From: Candidatus Rokuibacteriota bacterium
Lineage (GTDB): Bacteria > Methylomirabilota > Methylomirabilia > Rokubacteriales > CSP1-6
Reading direction: 5' to 3'
Assembly (NCBI GenBank): GCA_003220435.1
Contig: QHSL01000089.1
Location: forward strand, 2,106 to 66,105
Length of the DNA: 64,000 nt
The notes under the pieces were generated by a model. That model saw nothing but the letters and a program-made list of their open reading frames with translations, searched no databases and had not been told where the DNA came from. The position numbers were made by a program, and so were the translations under genes. Positions 18,293-26,431 of this stretch are shown one piece after another; the first letter of the stretch is position 1, and each line of letters begins with the position of its first letter.

Positions 18293-19237
18293 ATGCACGA
18301 TCTCGTCTCGCTGGGCGAGGTGCTGCTGCGACTCGCGATCCCATCACCTGCCCGCTTCGAGACGGCCCACCAGCTCGACCTCCAGATCGGCGGCGCCGAA
18401 GCCAACGTAGCCGCCGCGTGCGCGCGGCTCGGCCTGAGAACCGCATGGATCTCCGCGCTCCCGGCCAACCCGTGGGGCGAACGGATCCGGCGCGAGCTGA
18501 CCGCCCACGGCGTGGACTGCGGACTGGTGCGGATGACCCCGAACACTCGGGTCGGGACCTACTTCCTCGAGTACGGCGTGCCGCCGCGTCCCGTGCGGGT
18601 GCTCTACGATCGCCGCGACTCCGCGTTCGCCCGGCTGACGCCAGCGGAAGTCGACTGGGAACCGGTACGGAGCGCACGGCTCGTGCACCTCACCGGCGTC
18701 ACCCCCGCGCTCGGCGACTCGGCCCGCGCCCTCGTCGAGCGCGCTCTGCGTGAGGCCTCCACCGTGTCGTTCGACGTGAACTATCGCACGACCCTGTGGT
18801 CGCCGGTGGACGCGCGCGCGTTCCTCGAGACCGTGCTCCCGCACGTTCGGTACCTCTTCATCGGCCAGGCGGAGGCCGACACGCTCTTTGGGCTTTCCGG
18901 CGCGCCCGAGCCGACGCTCGACGCGCTGGCGCGCCTCGCGCCGAAGGCGACGATCAGCCTCCAGCAGGGCGGGGAGGGCTCCACGGTGCTCGACGGCGGA
19001 CGGCTCTATCGGCCGCGCCGGCGCCCGACCGTCCAGGTCGTCGACCCGATCGGGGCGGGCGACGCGTACGCGGCCGGCTTTCTCTGGGCGATGCTGCGCG
19101 GACGCGATCTTCAAGACGCGGTCGACGCGGGCACGGCGGTCGGAGCGCTCAAGTGCTCGACCTGGGGCGACATCGCGCTCGTCAGTGAAGCGGACGTTGC
19201 CGACGTGCTGGCTGGCGGACCCGACGTCCGTCGGTGA
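18293..19237 (+). CDS. PfkB-family sugar kinase (2-keto-3-deoxygluconate kinase-like)
   Basis: GGAEANVAAACARLG N-terminal motif and DPIGAGDAYAAGF C-terminal motif. Confidence 0.85.
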   Translation: MHDLVSLGEVLLRLAIPSPARFETAHQLDLQIGGAEANVAAACARLGLRTAWISALPANPWGERIRRELTAHGVDCGLVRMTPNTRVGTYFLEYGVPPRPVRVLYDRRDSAFARLTPAEVDWEPVRSARLVHLTGVTPALGDSARALVERALREASTVSFDVNYRTTLWSPVDARAFLETVLPHVRYLFIGQAEADTLFGLSGAPEPTLDALARLAPKATISLQQGGEGSTVLDGGRLYRPRRRPTVQVVDPIGAGDAYAAGFLWAMLRGRDLQDAVDAGTAVGALKCSTWGDIALVSEADVADVLAGGPDVRR

Positions 19238-19264
19238 CGTTCACCCTGTTCTCGACCCGCCTGC

Positions 19265-19270
19265 TATAGT
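19265..19270 (+). promoter_or_regulatory. -10 hexamer TATAGT 9 nt upstream of the helicase ATG (leaderless-type)
   Basis: TATAGT at 19265-19270 and ATG at 19280. No Shine-Dalgarno is present. Confidence 0.35.
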
Positions 19271-19279
19271 CGAGGCGGC

Positions 19280-22243
19280 ATGGCGGGTGAGCGGATCCTC
19301 GACGGCCTGAACGACGAGCAGCGGCGGGCCGTCACCCACGATGCCGGCCCCCTCCTGATCGTCGCCGGCGCCGGCACCGGCAAGACGACGGTCATCACTC
19401 GGCGGATCGCCTGGCTCATCGCCCAGCGCCGGGCGCGCCCCGAGGAGATTCTCGCGCTCACCTTCACCGACAAGGCGGCGGCCGAGATGGAGGAGCGCGT
19501 CGACACGCTGGTGCAGTACGGCTACGCGGACGTCGAGATCTCCACGTTCCATGCGTTCGGCGATCGGCTCCTGCGCGAGCACGCGCTCGAGATCGGGCTC
19601 CAACCCGATTTCCGCGTCCTCAACCGCGCCGAGCAGGTGATCTTCTTCCGCGATCGCCTGTTCGAGTTCCCGCTGGTGCACTACCGTCCGCTCGGCGACC
19701 CGGCCCGGCACATCCGCGCGATCATGACCCTGATCAGCCGCTGCAAGGACGAGGACATCTCACCCGAGGAGCATCAGGCGTACGTCGAGCAGGTGGCCGG
19801 CGAGGTGCCCGCCACCGACGACTACGAGGAGGCGCGCGAGCGCGTCGCCCAGCAGCGCGAGCTAGCCGCCACCTACGCCAAATACCAGGAGCTGATGGCG
19901 CGCGAGGGCCGCGTCGACTTCGGTGATCAGATCGTGCTTGTCCTGAAGCTCTTGCGGGCGCGGGCCAACGTGCGCACCAACCTTCAACGCCGCTACAAGT
20001 ACGTCATGGTGGACGAGTTCCAGGACACGAACCACGCCCAGTTCGAGCTGGTGAAGCTGCTGGGCGCCCGCCACGGCAACGTCGCGTGTGTCTGCGACGA
20101 CGATCAGGCGATCTACCGCTGGCGCGGGGCGGCCATCTCCAACGTGCTGGCCTTTCTCGATCGCTATCCCGAGGCGCGTCAGGTGGTGCTCACCGAGAAC
20201 TACCGGTCGCACCAGAAGATCCTCGACGCCGCCTACCGGCTCATCGTCAACAACAACCCGGACCGACTCGAGGTACGCAGCGGTATCAGCAAGCACCTCG
20301 TGGCCGTCCACGAAGCGGACGGCCCGGCCCCCGCGCACCTGCACTACGAGACCGGCACGCAGGAGTCCGACGCCGTCGCTCACGCGATCCGCGCGAAGGT
20401 CGACGCCGGCCAGTGGCGATACGATGACGTGGCCATTCTGGTCCGCTCCAACGACGACGCCGAGCAGTTCCTGCGCTCGCTCAACCTCAAGGGCATCCCG
20501 TGGACCTTCTCGGGCAACTCCGGGCTCTACGGCCGGCCCGAGATCCGACTGCTGATCGCCTTCTTGAGGTCGCTCGTCCACACCGACGAGTCGGTCAGCC
20601 TCCACTATCTGGCCTCCTCGGAGCTCTACCAGGTGCCGGTCGTCGACCTGACACGGTGCTCGACCTACGCCGATCGCCGCCACGTCTATCTGTTCGACGT
20701 CTGCCGAAAGACCGAGACGATCCGCGAGCTCCGCGACGAGATCGGCGAGGAAGGCCACGCCGCGATCCAGCACCTCGTCCGCGATCTCGAGCGCTACATG
20801 GAGCTCGGCCGCGAGATGCCGACCGGCGAGCTGCTGTATCTGTTCCTCAGGGACTCCGGCTGGCTCGGCCGGATGTACCGCGAGGAGACGGCTCGCGACG
20901 TCGCCGAGAGCAAGAACATCGCGAAGTTCTTCGACCGGGTGAAGTCGGCGTCGCGCGCGCTCCGCTACGACAACGTGCGGGAGTTCGTGAAGCACCTGGA
21001 CGAGCTGATCGAGGCTGGTGAAGACCCGGCGGTCGCCGAGGCGGAGATCGAGACCCCGGCGGTGCGCGTCCTCACCATCCACAAGGCCAAGGGGCTCGAG
21101 TTTCCCGTCGTGTTCCTGGTGAACCTGGTGCAGGAGAAGTTCCCGCTGCGCCGCCGCCGCGATCCGCTGGAGCTGCCGGTGGCCCTGATGAAGGACGCGG
21201 TGCCGACCGGCGACTTCCATTTGCAGGAAGAGCGCCGGCTCTTCTATGTCGGCATGACGCGGGCGCGCCGGGCGCTCTATCTCACCAGCGCCGGCGACTA
21301 CGGCGGCAGCCGCCAGCGCAAGACGAGCCTGTTCGTGCTCGAGGCCCTCGACCTGCCGCGCGAGGCGAGCCGGCCGTTCAGGGTCCGCCCGGTCGAGGAG
21401 ATCGAGCACCATGCGCCGCCGGCGGAGGTCGAGGATCCAACGCTGCAGCCGCTGGCGCACGACGCCGAGCTGAATCTCAGCCACAAGCAGATCGACGACT
21501 ACCAGACGTGTCCGCTCAAGTACTTCAACGTGCACGTCCGGCGCATCCCGATCCGCCGCCATCACGCGGTTGCCTACGGCGCGGTCATGCACAAGGTCGT
21601 CGAGTACTACCTGCGCCGCCGGGTCGTGGGGAACTACACCCCGCTGGAGGACCTGCTGGCCGTGTACGAGCGCGCCTGGGCGGGCGAAGACATCGTCCAC
21701 GATCGGGCCGGCAGCGAGCCGGCCGAGGGCTTCCTGACGCGCGAGCACGAGGAGGCGCGCAAGGCGGCCGGCCGCGAGGCGCTCCGGCGCTTCTGGAACC
21801 ACGAAGAGGCCGAGGGCACCAAGCCGACCTGGGTGGAAAAGGAATTCGGCTTCGCGCTCGGACCCGATCGCGTGCGCGGCCGCTACGACCGGGTGGACGA
21901 AGACCTGTTGGGTGCGGTGATCGTCGACTACAAGACGACCGAGATCACGCGCCAGAAGGATGCCGATCGCCGCGTGTCGGCGAGCCTCCAGCTCAAGATG
22001 TACGCGCTGGCGTGGCGGGAGATGACGGGCAGCCTGCCCCAGCGGCTGGAGCTGCGCTTCATCGACTCGAACGTGGTCGGCCGCCACACGCCGACCGCCG
22101 ACGACGTCGAGAAGGCGATCGACGCCGTCAAGGCGGCGGCGGTCGGCATCCGCGCCCGGCGCTTCGACGCAACGCCCTCGTGGGGTGCCTGCCGCAGCTG
22201 CGCCTACAACCAGATCTGCCCGTTCACCGCGACGCGTGATTGA
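19280..22243 (+). CDS. SF1 UvrD/PcrA-type helicase fused to a C-terminal PD-(D/E)xK, Cas4/AddB-like Fe-S nuclease
   Basis: Helicase motifs: GAGTGKT, DEFQDT, VCDDDQAIYRWRGA, TENYRS, TIHKAKGLEFPVVF, LFYVGMTRAR. Nuclease motifs: RYDRVD...VIVDYKT, QLKMYALAW. Cysteines: QTCPLKY plus CRSCAYNQIC. Confidence 0.9.
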   Translation: MAGERILDGLNDEQRRAVTHDAGPLLIVAGAGTGKTTVITRRIAWLIAQRRARPEEILALTFTDKAAAEMEERVDTLVQYGYADVEISTFHAFGDRLLREHALEIGLQPDFRVLNRAEQVIFFRDRLFEFPLVHYRPLGDPARHIRAIMTLISRCKDEDISPEEHQAYVEQVAGEVPATDDYEEARERVAQQRELAATYAKYQELMAREGRVDFGDQIVLVLKLLRARANVRTNLQRRYKYVMVDEFQDTNHAQFELVKLLGARHGNVACVCDDDQAIYRWRGAAISNVLAFLDRYPEARQVVLTENYRSHQKILDAAYRLIVNNNPDRLEVRSGISKHLVAVHEADGPAPAHLHYETGTQESDAVAHAIRAKVDAGQWRYDDVAILVRSNDDAEQFLRSLNLKGIPWTFSGNSGLYGRPEIRLLIAFLRSLVHTDESVSLHYLASSELYQVPVVDLTRCSTYADRRHVYLFDVCRKTETIRELRDEIGEEGHAAIQHLVRDLERYMELGREMPTGELLYLFLRDSGWLGRMYREETARDVAESKNIAKFFDRVKSASRALRYDNVREFVKHLDELIEAGEDPAVAEAEIETPAVRVLTIHKAKGLEFPVVFLVNLVQEKFPLRRRRDPLELPVALMKDAVPTGDFHLQEERRLFYVGMTRARRALYLTSAGDYGGSRQRKTSLFVLEALDLPREASRPFRVRPVEEIEHHAPPAEVEDPTLQPLAHDAELNLSHKQIDDYQTCPLKYFNVHVRRIPIRRHHAVAYGAVMHKVVEYYLRRRVVGNYTPLEDLLAVYERAWAGEDIVHDRAGSEPAEGFLTREHEEARKAAGREALRRFWNHEEAEGTKPTWVEKEFGFALGPDRVRGRYDRVDEDLLGAVIVDYKTTEITRQKDADRRVSASLQLKMYALAWREMTGSLPQRLELRFIDSNVVGRHTPTADDVEKAIDAVKAAAVGIRARRFDATPSWGACRSCAYNQICPFTATRD

Positions 22244-24567
22244 TGCAGGGGCTGGGTGAAGCCGACACCCGCGCCAAGCTGATCGACCCTGGCCTGCACG
22301 CGCGTGGCTGGACCGAAGACCTGATCCGTCGCGAAGAAACGGCCGGGGCTGTGGAGATAGTCGGGAGTCGTCCACGGCGCCGTTCCCGCGGCCGCGTCGA
22401 CTACACGCTCCGTGTGAAGGTGAACTCGGAGAGCCATGGACTCGAGCAGGCCAAGAGCTACGCGGCCTGTCGCCGCCTCAACGTCCTGTTCGCCTTCTCA
22501 TCCAACGGCCACCAGTTCGTCGAATACGACAAGACAACCGGACTCACCACCGCTCCTCGGCCGCTCAGTGATTTTCCGACGCCGGCCGACCTGCGTTCCC
22601 GCTACGAGAGGGTGATGGGCTTCAGCCTCGAGTCGCCGGCCGCGCGGCCGTTGCTCGCGCGATACCCGGGGGGCGAAGCGACGCGCCGTTACTACCAAGA
22701 TGCCGCGATCCGCGCCGTGCTCGAGAAGCTGGCGCGGGGCGACAGGCGCGCACTCCTGGCGCTGGCAACCGGGTCGGGCAAGACCTTCATCGCCGTCCAC
22801 CTGCTCAAGAAGATCGCCGACGCCGGCCAGCTCCGTCGCGCGCTGTTCGTGTGCGACCGCGACGAGCTGCGTAGCCAGGGCCTGGGCGCCTTCCAGAACG
22901 TCTTCGGGGCCGACGCGGCGTCCGTGTCGAGCGGCAACCCGCAGAAGAACGCGCGAATCCTGATCGCCACCTACCAGACGCTCGACGTCGCCACCGATGA
23001 TGCCGACGCGAACTTCCTCGTCGCCAACTACCCCGAGAACTATTTCAGTCACATCGTGATCGACGAATGCCACCGCTCGGCCTGGGGCAAGTGGTCTCAA
23101 GTGCTCACACGGAACGCTGATGCGGTGCAGGTGGGCCTCACCGCCACGCCGCGGCAGATCGAGCTAACGGAGCGTAGCCCGGAGGTCCAGGCCGACGCCC
23201 AGATCACGGCGGACAACATCCGTCACTTCGGTGAGCCCGTCTACGAGTACGACATCGCGCAAGGCATCGAGGACGGTTATCTCGCCGCGTGCGAGATCGT
23301 CCGCCGCGACATCTTCCTGGACGACAAGCTGCGGCCCGAGCGAGAGACAGGGGTGGAAGTCGAGGATTTCGCCAGCAAACGGGTGACGGACGCCCAAACG
23401 GGTGAGCTGCTGACGGTTGCAGAGGCTCGCGCTCGCTATGAAGCAACGGATTTTGAGGAGCGCCTGCTTCTGCCCGACCGCGTCCAGGCGATGTGCCGCG
23501 ATCTCTTCCAACATCTCCTCGCCTCGGGCGGGCCCGAGCAGAAGACCATAGTTTTCTGCGCGCGAGACCGTCACGCGGAAGACGTCGCCATCGCTCTGAA
23601 CAATCTCTATGCTATGTGGTGCACGCAGCAGGGGAGGCCGCGCCTCGAGCCCTACGCCTTCAAGTGCACCGCGGCGAGCGGCGGCGGCGACTATCTGGCG
23701 GATCTTCGCGGGGCGGCGCGTCACCACTTCGTCGCGACCACGGTAGACCTCTTGACGACAGGTGTCGACGTGCCGTGCGTCCGGAACATTGTCTTCTTCA
23801 AGTACGTACGCTCGCCGATCGCGTTCTATCAGATGATCGGCCGTGGAACGCGCCTCGACCCGGCGAGCGAGAAGCTGATGTTCCGCGTGTACGACTACAC
23901 CGACGCTACCCGGCTCTTCGGCGAGGAGTTCAGGACCAAGTTCCGCCCGCCGCGAGGTCAAGGGGGCATCGACGCGCCGGAACCGCCCGAGCCTCCGGAG
24001 CGGACTCTCCAGGTGGAAGGCTTCGCGGTGCGAGTGACCGACGCCGGCCACTACATCGTGACCTCGGAGGACGGGCGCGCCGTGGCCATAACGATGGAAG
24101 AGTACAAGCAGCGCCTGGCGGCACGGCTCGTCGAGGCGGCGCCGACGCTCGACGAGTTCCGGCGGCAGTGGATCGTCCAGGCGGCGCGGCGTGCGCTGCT
24201 GGCCCAGCTTCCCGAGGGCGGTCGCTCGGCCCTTCTCATCCGCGCGCTCGAGCACATGACGGACTATGACCTCTACGACGTGCTCGGCGAGCTAGGCTAC
24301 GGCCTTGCGCCGCGCACGCGGCCCGACCGCGCGGAGGCGTTCACCTACAAGCATTCGCGCTGGTTGTCCGAGCTGCCCGCGCGCGCGGCGGCCACGCTCA
24401 AAGCGCTGGCCAGCCAATTCGCCGGCGCCGGGACGGAGAGCCTCGAGAATCCGCAAGTGTTCGAGATGCCTGACGTCGTCCGCGCCGGCGGCCTGCCGGC
24501 GCTCAAGACGCTGGGTGAGCCGGCCGAGGTGCTCCACGATACTAAAGAACGGCTCTTCGCAGCGTGA
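22243..24567 (+). CDS. hsdR: type I restriction enzyme R subunit, EcoEI-like family; nuclease E-x-K strand not found
   Basis: ATG at 22243 overlaps the helicase TGA (TGATG). Motifs: TRAKLIDPGL...RVDYTL...GLEQAKSYA...FSSNG, ATGSGKTF, VIDECHRS, GLTATP, TTGVDVP, QMIGRGTR, and an EcoEI-type C-terminal domain. See the finding on the missing nuclease strand. Confidence 0.85.
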   Translation: MQGLGEADTRAKLIDPGLHARGWTEDLIRREETAGAVEIVGSRPRRRSRGRVDYTLRVKVNSESHGLEQAKSYAACRRLNVLFAFSSNGHQFVEYDKTTGLTTAPRPLSDFPTPADLRSRYERVMGFSLESPAARPLLARYPGGEATRRYYQDAAIRAVLEKLARGDRRALLALATGSGKTFIAVHLLKKIADAGQLRRALFVCDRDELRSQGLGAFQNVFGADAASVSSGNPQKNARILIATYQTLDVATDDADANFLVANYPENYFSHIVIDECHRSAWGKWSQVLTRNADAVQVGLTATPRQIELTERSPEVQADAQITADNIRHFGEPVYEYDIAQGIEDGYLAACEIVRRDIFLDDKLRPERETGVEVEDFASKRVTDAQTGELLTVAEARARYEATDFEERLLLPDRVQAMCRDLFQHLLASGGPEQKTIVFCARDRHAEDVAIALNNLYAMWCTQQGRPRLEPYAFKCTAASGGGDYLADLRGAARHHFVATTVDLLTTGVDVPCVRNIVFFKYVRSPIAFYQMIGRGTRLDPASEKLMFRVYDYTDATRLFGEEFRTKFRPPRGQGGIDAPEPPEPPERTLQVEGFAVRVTDAGHYIVTSEDGRAVAITMEEYKQRLAARLVEAAPTLDEFRRQWIVQAARRALLAQLPEGGRSALLIRALEHMTDYDLYDVLGELGYGLAPRTRPDRAEAFTYKHSRWLSELPARAAATLKALASQFAGAGTESLENPQVFEMPDVVRAGGLPALKTLGEPAEVLHDTKERLFAA

Positions 24568-24571
24568 GGTG

Positions 24572-25141
24572 ATGAGGCTGCCAAGGCACGACACCGGTTT
24601 CGTCCACCAACTCAAGATCACGTTGCTAGGCGTCGAACCCGCTGTCTGGCGTCGCCTCCAGGTTACCAGCAGCCTGACGCTCGAGCGGCTCCACACGGTC
24701 ATTCAAAAAGTCTTGGGCTGGCAGAACGCCCACCTCTACGAGTTCGAGGTGCGGGGCCGCCGTTACGGCGTGCCGGAGCCTGAAGAGCCCGAGTACGAAG
24801 TCGAGCCCGTCTGGAAGATCACGCTGCGCGAGGCGGCCCCCGCCGAAGGTACATCATTCCGGTACGTGTACGACCTCGGCGATGGTTGGACTCACGAGAT
24901 TCTCGCGGAGCGGATCGAGAATCCCGACAAACCTCTCGGACATCCCGTCTGCATTGCAGGCGAACGCCGCTGCCCACCCGAGGACTGCGGCGGGCCTGGT
25001 GGATACGAAGCGCTACTGGCAGCGATCCGCGATCCCGACCATCCCGAGCATGACGACGTGGTTCGCTGGGTCGGCGCAGGTTTCGAGCCTGAGTTCTTTG
25101 TCGTCACGGCTGTAAACCGAAAGCTTCGTTTGCTGAGATGA
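24572..25141 (+). CDS. plasmid pRiA4b ORF-3-like (MM3350-like) domain protein
   Basis: Family-typical pattern: FVHQLKITLLGVEPAVWRRLQV...LHTVIQKVLGWQNAHLYEF...YVYDLGDGWTHEI...CPPEDCGGPGGYEALL. Starts 4 nt after hsdR and overlaps hsdS (ATGA). Confidence 0.85.
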   Translation: MRLPRHDTGFVHQLKITLLGVEPAVWRRLQVTSSLTLERLHTVIQKVLGWQNAHLYEFEVRGRRYGVPEPEEPEYEVEPVWKITLREAAPAEGTSFRYVYDLGDGWTHEILAERIENPDKPLGHPVCIAGERRCPPEDCGGPGGYEALLAAIRDPDHPEHDDVVRWVGAGFEPEFFVVTAVNRKLRLLR

Positions 25142-26346
25142 GGCGACTTCGGCTCGGGGAAGTACTCCGTCTGAGGAAGGAGGTCGTTCACCCGCACGAC
25201 AAGCCCCGAGGCCGAGCGGTATTCGTCGGACTCGAACACCTCGAATCAGGGTCGGGGCTCAGGACCGGCGCGCTGGACGTCGATCTAGAGCACCTAACCG
25301 GGCGTAAGCCGAAGTTCTACAAGGGTGACATGGTCTACGGATACCTTCGGCCGTACTTGAACAAGGTGTGGATCGCCGAGTTTGACGGCCTGTGCTCGGT
25401 GGACCAGTACGTGTACGAAGTTGACGGTTCGCTAGCGGACGCCGAGTTCGTTGCCTGGTTCATCCGCAGCCCGCACTATCTTGCGCGCGCCCCTGTCCAG
25501 ACCGGGCCCGGGCAGCTCCCTCGCATCAGACTGGAAGAGGTCGCCGCGATCGAGGTGGACCTTCCGGATCTTGACCAGCAGAGACTCCTCGTTAGTGCGA
25601 TCCGGGCACAGATGGCGGAGGTGGCGCGGGCGCGCTCCGCCGCCGAATTCCAGCTCGACGCCGTCAGGGCGCTGTCTTCTGCCAGAAGCAGCGAAGTGTT
25701 CCACACCTCAGAAGTGACCAGATGGCCGCGTAAGCGCCTTGGAGACTTGGCATCGAATGACGACGCGTTTGCCGACGGCCCCTTCGGGTCGCATCTGAAG
25801 ACCGCCCACTACAGTGAACGGGGTGCGAGGGTGATCAGGCTTCAGAACATCGGGAGAGGGACGTTTCTGGGAGAGGACAAAGTATACATACCGATTGAGC
25901 ACTATTGGACGCTTGAACGACACAGCGCGCGGCAAGACGATGTAGTTGTAGCAGCATTGGGTGATGGGGAACGACCCGCCGGTCGTGCCTGTCTCGTGCC
26001 TCCGGATCTTGGACCGGCCCTCGTCAAAGCGGACTGCTTTCGCATCCGCCTCCCTGGGCACGTGCTAGCTCCCGGCTACCTTGCTGCCTACCTGAACTCT
26101 CCTGATTCACTGGGGCGCATGGCGGGAGCGATGCGAGGTGCGACGCGTCCGCGAGTGACCCTTTCGATCATCCGCGAAGTGGAAATTCCGCTACCACCTG
26201 TCGTCGAACAGGTCCACATGACGCGGAAGTTGAACGAGGAACTCGCCGAAGCTGGCCAACTTCTTCAGAGGTTGGAACAGGAGCTCGTGACAATCGAGTC
26301 GCTTCCCGAAGCCCTGTTGCGTCGCGCGTTCGCCGGCGAGCTTTGA
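25138..26346 (+). CDS. hsdS: type I restriction-modification specificity subunit (two target-recognition domains)
   Basis: 402 aa with two TRD halves, each followed by a conserved helical spacer (LPDLDQQRLLVSAIRAQMAEV; LPPVVEQVHMTRKLNEELAEA). G+C is visibly lower than the neighbours. Confidence 0.85.
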   Translation: MRRLRLGEVLRLRKEVVHPHDKPRGRAVFVGLEHLESGSGLRTGALDVDLEHLTGRKPKFYKGDMVYGYLRPYLNKVWIAEFDGLCSVDQYVYEVDGSLADAEFVAWFIRSPHYLARAPVQTGPGQLPRIRLEEVAAIEVDLPDLDQQRLLVSAIRAQMAEVARARSAAEFQLDAVRALSSARSSEVFHTSEVTRWPRKRLGDLASNDDAFADGPFGSHLKTAHYSERGARVIRLQNIGRGTFLGEDKVYIPIEHYWTLERHSARQDDVVVAALGDGERPAGRACLVPPDLGPALVKADCFRIRLPGHVLAPGYLAAYLNSPDSLGRMAGAMRGATRPRVTLSIIREVEIPLPPVVEQVHMTRKLNEELAEAGQLLQRLEQELVTIESLPEALLRRAFAGEL

Positions 26347-26370
26347 AAGGGCTCTCACACAGAAGGCGCA

Positions 26371-26412
26371 TGCTATTATCGATATATGTACCTATCGAAA
26401 ATAATATTCATG
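26371..26412 (+). promoter_or_regulatory. AT-rich promoter/operator-like patch upstream of fic
   Basis: TGCTATTATCGATATATGTACCTATCGAAAATAATATTCA is the most AT-rich stretch in the window. It contains the TATCGATA palindrome, a repeated TATCGA, and TATAT/TAATAT -10-like hexamers. Confidence 0.4.
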
Positions 26413-26431
26413 CTTGTTATCACCCGCGCAA

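Noticed and set aside
19862-22375. 837-aa minus-strand ORF antisense to the helicase-nuclease gene. Similar long shadow ORFs occur elsewhere, for example 580-1911, 2895-4361, 6813-8594, 29680-32151, 36946-39109, 45152-46996, 58250-59482 and 61441-62877.
   Set aside because: The translations are Arg/Gly/Pro/Ala/Asp-rich low-complexity strings with no recognisable motifs. Each lies opposite to, or out of frame with, an ORF that has clear family signatures. Such open shadow frames are expected at this G+C content.
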